NCBI GenBank assembly: GCA_965552055.1
Contig: CBEVQO010000002.1
Span: 288,001 to 352,000, forward strand
DNA length: 64,000 nt
Direction: 5' to 3'
Source of the DNA: an uncultured bacterium
GTDB taxonomy: Bacteria; Hydrothermota; UBA3073; NMUJ01; CBEVQO01
A model generated the notes under the pieces. It saw nothing but the letters and a program-made list of their open reading frames with translations. It was not told where the DNA came from and did no database searches. Each line of letters starts with the position of its first letter. The first letter of the stretch is position 1. This document shows, one piece after another, positions 11,201 to 23,200 of this stretch. Both the position numbers and the translations under genes were made by a program.

Positions 11201-14200
11201 TTTCTGCTATTATCGTATCTGTAAGGTTTGGAGTTATATCAAGATTTGCAAAGTAATTATTTTCACCCTGATAAATTTTTGATGTTCTTCCTGTTAATAC
11301 AATTTTACCATCTGTAGGCTGGAAAACCCCTCCTGTATCAATCCAGTTACCTTCAACAGTATGAGTATAACTACCTGCATAAAATGTTCCTTTCTTCAGT
11401 ATGAAGTCTCCTTTTAATGTAAGAGCAGAAGATGCTGTTAACTGAGATAAATTCTTTTCTATTATAATTGTATTGAAGTAATTACCATTTGCTAATTCTA
11501 CCTGCGCAGAAGCATCCCCTCTAAATACAAATTTGCCGGAGTCAGCCGTAAAGACCCCTTGAGATGTAAAGTTTCCATAAACGATATGGGTATAACTCCC
11601 GGGATTTAAACTTCCAGACTCTATCGTAAGATTACCTTCACAGATGATTGATGATTTTAAGTAAGTATTGGATGTTTTAATTGTGAAATTCTGGAATCTA
11701 TTTTTAACAGTATCCTGTAGCACATTTGATACACTTCCTGTAAACCAGACATCAGCATTTGCTGGGAATACAACCACTCCTCCTGTGTCAATCCAGTCTG
11801 CTCCTACTTTAATAAGCGAAGGTGCATCAAATACCCCGGAATTCAAAACAAAATCTCCTTTAAGGGTTATATTTGTTTTTGCACTCAAAGTATCCTGAAC
11901 TTTTATTTCAATATTTGCAAAGTAATTATTTGCGCCTTGCCATATTTCTCCTTCTTTACCGTCGAACAATATCTTTCCTTCTTCTGCTGTAAATACCCCT
12001 CCCGTATCAATCCAGTCACCCCGCACCGTATGGGTGTAAGAACCTGCTTCAAATATACCCGAAGATAACATGAAATCACCGTAAATTTTCAATGCACTCT
12101 GTGCAAATACGGTATCACTTGCTCTAATTTCAAGATTAGCAAAGTTATTATTTGAACCTTGAATTATCTTAAATTTATTTCCATCCAGTATTATCTTCCC
12201 AGAATCTTGTGTAAATATAACTGCTGTATCAACCCAATCACCTGCTATCTCGTGCACATAACCCCACGGCTCTATCACTCCTGATAACATGTAAAGCGCA
12301 CCATTAACATCTATAGGCGAATCAAAGTAGACACTATCTGCATTTATTTCCATCTCGTAGAAGTAATTATCTGCATCCGTCAAAATGTGTTGCACTGCTC
12401 CATTGAACACAATTTTGCCTGCAGAAGGTCTAAATATACCTCCAGTATCCACCCAGTCACCTTTTACATAATGAGTATAAGATGAAGGCTCAAATCCTCC
12501 TTTATAAATCATAAAATCACCTTCTATTGTCAATCCATCTTGTGCAATTAATTCCCCGCCTGTGCTATTTATTATTATCTTATCAAATGCGCTTAAACCA
12601 CCCTTTACATATTGGTCGCTTCCACCATTAAATACAACATCAGAACCTCCGTGAATAAAATTACCGTCATTTATCCAGTCACCTCCAACATAAATCGTAT
12701 ACCCTTTTCCTTTCAATGTTTGCTTGATGTGTAAATCATTCATGCATATCAGCTCAGCATTCAGACTGTCTATTGCATTTATTACAAGGTTATAAAATGT
12801 ATCCTGTGGTAATGTCATATCTGCAAGAAACTCAACCGTGCTTTGCTCATAATGGAATTTACCGGAATTATTCCAGCTATAAACCTGTATCAAGGTATTT
12901 GTTCCTCCATGGAAATCTGCATTTGTGCCTATTATGAAATTATTTGTAATTTTCAAAGTATCGCCATAATTTACACTTACATTTGAATTATCCGCAAACT
13001 TCAAATTATAGAATGTGCATTTGCCTGAAATTACCCCTGTTGACTCTATTACAACCCATCCACCTGTATGGTTGAATACGCCATCATTTGTAAAGTCATT
13101 CCATACAAACAATGTTCCATCTGATAAATCAAATTGACCTTTAATTGTAAAATCACCCTGCACATGTAATATTTTATCCGAATTCATTGTAAGCTTTGCT
13201 CCACTCTTTATCAACACTCCTGCACATGTATCTGTGATATTTAAAATTGGATAATTATTATTCGCATTTGCTGGTATTATTACGAGTTCTGTATCTACAG
13301 GTGGTCTTCCTAATGACCAGTTTTTGGCATTGTGACTCGCAGGCAGACCAGCAGCTACTGCATCCCACCAGCTGCTATTTGTTCCTCCAACCCACACATC
13401 TGCACTCGTCCATTCAATATTGGCACCATTAACTTCATGATCATAGTTTTCACCCGCTTTACTTCCGCTTGCTCCACTCATTATTATATCAACATTATTA
13501 CCACCACCGTCAGCATAAACATTTGTATCACAGTATTGATCATAAGAATGCAAACTAAATGTAGCGTTAAAATCAGCATTTCTATAAATTTGCATATAAA
13601 CTCTATGTCCCGTGCCTCTTTGATTTGTAAACTTTACTTCATCTAACCTCGTAATCTGTGCCTGATTATAAATACATAAGCCTCCTGTATCTATATAAGA
13701 TATGGTTAAACCATCTATTTCGAGTTCTCCATAGACATTGAAATCAAAGGGTTTTGTTGTATCTTTTGCAGTAATTTCCGGAGAACCCGAAGTAAATATC
13801 TTTCCTCCATTTGCAATGTAAAGTTGTGTTCCCAGCTTCAATGCCGGGCTTCCTATTAATTTAAGCACCCCTCCTGATTGCACATTAAGCCCTGTTCCTA
13901 CTTCAAGTACAGATGTACCAAGATCAAGCGTTCCATAAACATTTACACCGGAAGCTACTTTATGTGTTAACCCATCTGAAAGATATAGTTCACCTGCGTT
14001 TATCAGCAATGCTCCATTTATATTAAGACCATCTTCCGCTGTTGCTACTCCTGTAACATCTATTGTTAAATTATAGAAGTTATTTGTCGCAGATGTATAA
14101 ATGTGCGGATTTTCACCATTAAGAATTATTGTCCCACCTGTAGGTTTAAATACTCCTCCTTTATCATACCAATCACCGCCTATTTCATGAGTAAAGTTAC

Positions 14201-17200
14201 CGGGTATAAATGTTCCTGACAATATTGCAAAGTACCCTTCTGTTTTCAGTGCTGTCATAGCCCATACAGTATCCGAAGGGTTTATTTTCACATTGTTGAA
14301 ATGATTACCAATTTTTGCATAAATCTTCTGTTTCGTTCCATCAAATATTATGGTCGAAGTTGTATCTATAAATATTCCTCCGGTATCTGCCCAGTTGCCT
14401 CCAATTCTATGAGTATATGCATTTGGTACAAATTCACCGGATAAAATCACAAAATCGCCATTTATATCCAGTGAATCTGCTGCTATAAGTTTATTTGTAA
14501 CCTCACATATTACATTATTGAAGTAATTACCTGCCTTTGTATTTATCTGCTGTGTAACTCCGTCAAAAATTATTGTTCCTGATATTTGATTAAATATTCC
14601 TCCCTCATCATCCCAATCACCTGCCACCCGATGCGTGAAACTACCAGGGTTAAATGTACCTGTTATTGTAATATCGCCATCAACATTTATAGAAGTATAT
14701 GCCGTTATGTTTCCAGAAATCGTAAGATTATAAAAGTTATTACCTGTACCCTGATAAATACCTTTATTAACACCGGAAAGTATTATCTCGCCTTCCTGTG
14801 CTTTAAACTCTCCGAGAGTATCAATCCAGTTACCATTAACTGTGTGAGTATAATCACCCGGTATGAATTTTCCTTTGATTTCAACATCGCCATTTATTTG
14901 CAGATTACTTTTTGCGATCGCTGTTCCTTCACATACAAAATCGTTGAAAATTTCATCATCTGTATAAATTTGTGATGAATCAATGAAGATAACCTTACCT
15001 GCATCTTGTTTAAAGTATCCGCCTATTGCATAAAAATCACCGCCTATTCTGTGGGTATAAGATTGAGCATAATAAACTCCCTGCAATATTTTAAAATCAC
15101 CCATAATCTTTATAGAATCAAGTGCTGTAACGGTATCATTTGCCTGTATCACTAAATTGTTGAAGTAATCATTTGCACTAACATTTATTTGTTGCTTATT
15201 ACCTGCAAATATCACAGTTCCCGTTAAATCCTGTATTACACCTGTTTCGGAATCCCAGTTGCCCTCTACCTGCAATTCGAAAGTATCGAGTATTAATTGA
15301 CCCGATGTAATTTTGACATCTCCTTTTACAACTACATCTGTTTGTAATGTTAAATTATTATCAACATCTATTTCTATATTATGGAAGTAATTTCCTTCTT
15401 TCTGTTTGATAACTGCATTTTGTCCGTTAAACAATATTTTTCCGGAAGTCGGTCTGAAAGTTCCATTTATTTCATACCATCCACCACCTACTATATGTGT
15501 GTAAACACCTGGTATGAATTCTCCCGATTTCAATGTAATATTGTTCTTTATAATTATTGGACCACCTGCTGTTATGCTTCCTGTTTGCTTATTGATAACA
15601 AGGTTGTAAAATTCTCCTGAATCTCCGAGTGCTATTTGATTTGCAAGTCCTGTAAATTCTATAGTCCCGTCACCTGCATCAAATCTTCCCATATTATGCA
15701 TATTTCCTTTTATAACGAGAGTATAGGAACCTCCGGGTCCTTCTTTAAATCTTGCACCTGTTTCGATGTTTAAGGAAGCAATTGTATCATCCATATCAAG
15801 AACAGGGTAATTTGTAAGTCCTCCTGGTATTACCACATCTTCTGTATCTGCTGGCAGACCAACTGGATCCCAGTTAAACGGATTACTCCACAAAGTATCT
15901 TGCGCCCCTGTCCATACTTTCTTTATCATCCAGATAATTTCTGCACCATTGACTTCCTCATCGTAATCTTCACCTCCCTTGGGACCAGAATAATCTGAGA
16001 AAATTAACCTTACCGAATTACCATAACCATTTGCATAAACATTTGTATCACATGAAGCATCAAAGGAGCAGCCAAGAAATTCTTTCTCAAAATCGGCATT
16101 TCTATGAATTTGTAAATGCCTGCTCGGATTGCCTCCCGGTTGTACACTCTGGAATGATACATTCGAAAGATCAATTATTGTAGCACTTGTATCAATATAC
16201 ATACCATTGACATCGGCTCCTGAAAATACAAGGCGCAAAACTTCGATTTCTCCTCTTACTTTAAAACTATAATAATTTATTCCATCATTCTGAATTTTAG
16301 GCGTCGTACCGAATGCCTCAAATTTGCCGTCAATCAAAGCCGCTTTTCCTAGCGTAAGTACACATTGATTCTCCATATAAAGGACACCTGTTTCTTTTAT
16401 TATCAAAGAATCACTCACTTTTAACTCACTCTGTCCAAGATGTAATGAATCTTCCGCTATTACCTTGCCATCTACGGTATGGGTTAAAGCATCACCAAGA
16501 TAAAATGTTCCTGAAATTATTCTCAAATTACCTTTTACTGTTATATTTGTCTGCGTTTCTATTCTTCCTGTCCCTTCAATTATTAGATTATTAAAATGAT
16601 TTGTTGCACCCTGATTTATAGTGGCATTTTCTCCTATCAATTTCACTGTTCCTGTAAGGTCTGTAAATGTTCCTCCTGCATCCGACCAGTTACCTCCGCA
16701 TATTACAGTATCTTCTATAGAGAATGTACCCTGTTGCAATGTAAAATCACCACCTATTAAAAGTTTAGTCTTCGCAGTAGCAACTCCAGATACATTAATT
16801 GTCAAATTGTTGAATTTATTACCTTCTTTCTGATAAATAACAGGTGATATTCCATCAAGCACCACACCACCTTCTGTTTGCACAAACTCACATAGAGTAT
16901 CGACCCAATCACTCGCAATATAGTGAGTATAAGCACCAGGAAGTATAACACCCGATTTCATCACAAAGTCACCATTTACATCTATCTGTGACTTAAATTC
17001 AACAGTATCTGTGCTGCCTACATCTATCACAAGATTCCATAGCTTGCTACCTGTATTTAATTGTAAATCTTTTGTGCTTCCTTGCAAAATTACTGTCGCT
17101 GCATCAAAGTCAGTATTTCCTCCTGCTTCTATCCAATCACCATCCACCCATAAAGTACATGCTACGGCATCTTTCAAATATCCACTCTGCAAAGTAAAGT

Positions 17201-20200
17201 TATTTACTTTTATATTTGTCTCAAGATTAACTACACTTCCGGTATTTATGGTGAGATTTGCGAAATTGTTATTTGCACCCTGTTTTATGTATATGGTATC
17301 TGCATCATCAAGCACTATCTCACCCTGTGATGGTTTAAATGTACACAATGCATCATCCCAGTTGCCACAAATGTAATGAGTGTAAGCACCCGGAATTATT
17401 ACACCATTTTGCATTATAAATTCAGAGTTTACATCGATAGATGACGCAAATTCAACTGTATCCTGAGCATTTTGTAACGCAATTTTTAGCTTATAGAAAT
17501 TATTCCCTGTTCCTTGCTTTATTTGTTGTTTGCCTGTTCCACATATCACTATCATTCCGGAATCCGGTGTAAACACTCCTCCTGCATCATCCCAATTACC
17601 CTTCACATAATGAGTAAAGTTACCGGGATTAAATTCTCCTTGCCTCAATTTAAAATCTGTAACCGTGATTGATGTCTTCGCATAAAGAACACCTCCTGTC
17701 TTATCAACAATTAATTTATTGAATGTTATTGCATTCCCTTTTATCTCTTGATTTCCTGTGCCATTAAAAATCACTATTCCAGAACCTGCATCAAAACTTC
17801 CATTGTTCATGAAATCACCACCAACATATAATGTACAATTAAGTGCTCTTAATGTCTTTGTTGATAATATCTTCAAATCATTCTTCACCACAAGCTTCGT
17901 ATAAGGTATCTTCGCATTAGCACCTATTGTGAGATTGTAAAATACTTCATTTGGCACTATTGTATCCCTAACGATAACTTCACCTGTTTGGCAATCAAAT
18001 GTTCCACCTGAATTGTTCCAACCTTTTACATCAAATACTGCGTTGTTTCCTCCATAAAATGTAGCTCCTGACAATAAGTTAAAACTATTTGTTACTTTTA
18101 CTGTTTCGCCATCTGCGATACCAACACCTGCTCCTGTGATTTTTATATTTAAAAATGTAGTACTCCATATCTTTGCGTTGGCACCATAAAATTCAACTAA
18201 ACCGCTTCGCTGATCAAATACTCCTCCCATATTTTTCCAGTTGCCTCCTACTCTTATCACACTATTCGAATCTTGCACAATCTTCGCACCGGATTTTAAT
18301 TCAACATCTCCTGATACATTCAAAGTACATACAGTATCTACATATAGCATTGTTGAAGAAAGTAAAAGTATTGATGCACATTCTGCGTGCAAAGTGTCAA
18401 CATGTGGATATACAGACCTTTGAGGTATTAGGACTTTATCGTTGAGTTTAGGAATATCGTCCGGTGGATCCCAGTTATGCGCTTTGCTCCATCTCCAGTG
18501 AGTACCTGCTGGCCAGGGGGCACCCGTACCTCCAACCCACACTTTACCCATTGTCCACAAAACAGCACCTCCATTTGTCTCCTCATCATACGCTTCTCCA
18601 GCTCCACTACCAGCATAATAGAAAACTTTTAACTTTGCTACAGTATCCGTAGTGGATACACCACCATCTATGTGAATATTAACATCACCTGCATAAACGG
18701 TATCATAATAGTGGTCATAAATAGTTTTATCAAAAGTACCACTTCTATAAATTTGCAGAAATCTATCGGTACCTGCTGTGCGCTGTAAACTATCAAATCG
18801 AACACTCGAAAGATCTGTCAATGTTGCTGCTGGATAAATGTATAAACCATTTGAATTTAAGTATCTGAAAATTGCACCTTCAACATCAATTTCACCTTTT
18901 ACTCCAAAGCCATAATATTGTCCTGAATTTCGATGTGTTATCAATGGCTGAGCATTTCCTACGCTTCTCGTTACAAATTTACCTGTTGATGCAACTTCTA
19001 TCCCTTTTACCAGCTGTAACTGTGCTGCTCCTTCCATTTTCATTAAACCTGCAACTATCACAGTATCCGCTGCTATGCCTCCGCCAGAATTTTTCATCAC
19101 CACACCACCTGATTGTCCTATTTCCATTTTGCCCGTTAGTAAACCTTTTGAATTGAGTATTAAAACACCCGATTTTACTTTTGTACTGTCAAGAACCATC
19201 AAATTACTTTGTGCCTTTACTGTATCACTTTCTATCACAAGTAGATACAAAGTATCTGTCCCAATGTCTATATTCTGTACCTCTCCGTTCAAAATAATTT
19301 TACTATTTTTCACAAGAAGCTTTCCATCTGCTGATTTAAAATCACCTTTTATTCTGTGAGTAAAGTTACCTCCATCGAATACACCTTGCTGATAGATCCA
19401 AAACATTCCATGAATATTCAGAGAATCTTGCGCTTTTATAGTATCGGATGTGCTTATTCCAAAGTTATAGAAGTAATTGCCTGTCCCAAGGTAAATATTT
19501 GATTTTCCGGGAAAACCAATCCAACCTGAAGTCGCATGGAAAATACCTCCTCTACTATCCCAATCTCCATAAACTTTCATTACTGTTTGAGGCGGAATAA
19601 ACTCACCTTGTGTTATAACAAAGTTACCTTTCACAATTATTCCTGTGTTTGCTTTCTTCGAATAAGCAGTATTTATCTCAAGATTATAAAAGGCATTCTT
19701 GGTTGTATCCTGATAAATAGAGTCAGCATATCCATCAAGTACTATTTTGCCAGAAGAAGGATTGAATACACCTCCCAAATCCCACCATGTACCGCCTATA
19801 TAGTGAGTATAAGAATCAGGATAAAATACGCCCGAAAGTATCTTAAAGTAACCATCAACATTTAATGAAGATTGAGCTTTTAATGAATCTTCTACTTCTA
19901 CCTTCACATTGTAAAAGTTATTTCCACTACCTGTTTTAACATCTTGTTTTATCCCTGTGAAATGCACGATCCCTGATGTCGGCGTAAATGTACCACCGGT
20001 ATCCACCCAGTCACCTTTTATCTCTATGTAGCTACCGGGTACAAAACTGCCTGATGAAAGAGTAAAGTCACCAAAAATTTTCAAAGGAGTAAGCGCCTGA
20101 CAATTTGAAGATATCTTCAGGTTATAAAAGTTATTCTTTGAAGTGTCTTGATATATTACCTGAATTCCTGTTCCATTAAATACGATTTCTCCAGACGATG

Positions 20201-23200
20201 GTGCAAACTTACCCTGCCTATCATCCCAATTTCCTTCTATGTAATGTGTGTAAGACTGAGGAATAAATTCTCCACCCAAAATTGTAAAATCACCTGTGAT
20301 CTTTAAAGAAGTTTGTGCTACTACACAATTTGTAACATTTATTTCAACATCAGCAAATTGATTATTCGCACCTTGCCATACATTTGAAGAATCACCATCA
20401 AATACAAACTTGCCAGAAGTTAATAATCTTCCTCCAGTATCATCGTAATCACCACCTACTCTATGTGTATAACTTCCGGCATCGTAACATCCTCCTTGTA
20501 TCTCAAAGTTTCCTTTCACAGTAATATCCGAAAGCGCCCATACTGTATCTGACACATTTATAACAAGATTGTTGAAGTAATCTCCTGTTAATAGTGTTAT
20601 CCTTTGTGTATCTCCATCGAAGATAAAAGTACCTGCATCTGCCCTAAACACTCCACTTATATTTTCAAAGTCGCCAGCTATTGTATGAGTAAAAGATTGG
20701 GGGTCAAATTCACCTTCCCTTATTCTTAACTTACCATCTATATCGAGCGAAGAATAGGCAACAACTTTCCCTGCTAGTTTATAAATATCAAGGTCATAAA
20801 TTGAACTGCTATCCGTTATCTTTATAGATTGATTATATTCACCTCTGAAACATAATTTACCTGTCCCGGGAATCAGCTTACCGTTATCTTCAAAATTACC
20901 AAAGATGTAAAGAACATTTGACTTCAATTTTAACTTTGCACCTGGATTTATCTTTACACTAAAAGCATATCCTGCAACATCAAGCACAGGGTCTCTTATA
21001 GTATCTGGTATTACTACATCTGAAGATTCATCTGGTACTCCTGCTGGCTTCCAGTTATTGGGATTACTCCACAAAGAGTCAACCGCTCCTGTCCAGCGTT
21101 TCTGTATGAGCCATTTTATCTCCGCACCATTTGTCTCTTCATCGTAAGCCTCTCCTGCTTTAGGACCGCTATACCCCGACACAAAAATTTTAACATTACC
21201 ACCTGCACCATCAGCATGGATATTTGTATCACATGTAGCATCAAAATATAAACCTATTAAAGTAACATTGTAAGTCCCTTGCCTATAAATATGCAAATGA
21301 GTGCTCGGATTACCACCAGGTTCAACATTCTCAAAAATAACATTGGAAATATTTTGTATAACTGCTGGCGTATCTATTACCATTCCTTCACTATTAGCAT
21401 AACTGAAATAAAGTTTTGTAATGTTTACAGTTCCCCTTATTTTAAATGAATAGTAAGTTGATGGAGATATGGATGTAACTGTAGGCGCTGCTCCCTCCGA
21501 GATAAACGAACCTGTTTCTCTTATAAGTACTCCTTTTGCTAACCTTAAAATAGAACTACCATAAAGATGCAAAACTCCATCACTCACAAGATTGCCTACC
21601 ACCACTAGATCACTACCTGATACATTAAGCTCACCCGATTGACCAATATAGACGCTATCTTTTAAAGTATCGTAGTAACCTGTTGAAAGATCAAATTCTC
21701 CTGAAACAACTTTTAGTAAACTATCCACTATTAATTTGCTGCTCATTAAAGCTGTACCTGTCACATTTATCGTTAACCTATTAAATTTATTACCCGAACC
21801 AAGATTAATTTGAGGAGATGTGCCTGCAAATACTATTTCGCCAGCTGAAGGAGAAAATGCACCCCCTGATACATCGAAATCTCCTTTTATTGTGTCAACA
21901 TAATTTCCAGGGTCGAAGCTTCCACCGTTTATTATCTTAAAATCGCCAAAAATTCTAAGACTCGTATTTGCTACTGCGTTTCCTCCATCAATTGTTAAAG
22001 AATAGAAATTATTTGTAGATGATGTTGTTATCTGAGGATTTGCTCCGGTTAAAATTATTTCTCCTGCTGTCGGTGTAAACTCAACTTGCGTATCATCCCA
22101 ATTCCCACTTATCCTGTGAGTATATGAACCTGGGTCAAATTTCCCACTTTCAAGATAAAGTGCACCATTCACAGTTATATTACTTAATGCTGTGACAGTA
22201 TTTGTGGGTCTTAAGATTAAATCATTAAAATAGTTGCCCGCACCCTGTGTAATTTGCTGGTTAACTCCACAGAAAACAATGCCTCCTTGAGATGCTTTGA
22301 AAATACCGCCCGCATCAGACCAATCTCCTTTTACAGTATCTCTGTAAGGCGAGGGTATAAATGTTGCATTATTTTGAATTGAAAAATCACCATAAATTGC
22401 AATACAACTTTCAGCTTCTACTGTATCTGCAACAATCCATAAGTTATAAAAATGATTTTGCGGTGAAGTGTAAATATATGTATGTGTGTTTCCACCAAGT
22501 TCAACACGCCCTGCATTTGGCTTAAATTCTCCATTTGTAACATCAAAATTACCTTTCACTTTCAATACATATGATTGTGGGTCAAAATAGGCATTTTCCA
22601 ATGTAAAATCACCATCAATAGTGAGATCGGACAACATTCGAATTGTATCACCCGAAAGCACCTCAAAGTCATAAAAACTATTTGTTGATAACTGTGTTAC
22701 TTTAAACAAAGAATTTGTTGTTGAAATACTTATTTTACCTTGACCATGCTGGAAAGTGCCTGCTTCTTCTAACCACTCTGTTCCCGAAAGATTTATTGTA
22801 TTGCCATTTTGATTGTAAGTGCCATTCTTCAAAACGAATTTTCCTTGAACCGTTATTGAAGTAACCTGGATAACAGTACCTGTTGCATTTATCACAAGAT
22901 CATTTAAATAAGATGTAGCACCTGTAACTTGTAAAGTCTCTACGCTACTTCCTGCAAATATCACACAACCTGTTCCACAATCAAAGTTCACTACCTTAAA
23001 ATCGCCTTTTACTGTCAAAGTCTCATCCTCTGCTCGACAGATACCAGTAGAAGTAACTACAAAATCATTTTCACAGGTTATATCTGTCTTCAAAGTACAC
23101 TCACCTGCTATTTCAAGGTTATAATAGGTCTCATCGGGTACGCCCATATCACCGGCAAGGACGACCGTACCCGTGCCATAATTGAATACACCATTATTTT

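Noticed and set aside
5802..19865. Many 60-130-aa ORFs opposite or inside the giant gene (and similar ones over other long genes)
   Set aside because: Shadow ORFs produced by codon bias, with no SD, motifs or operon logic.
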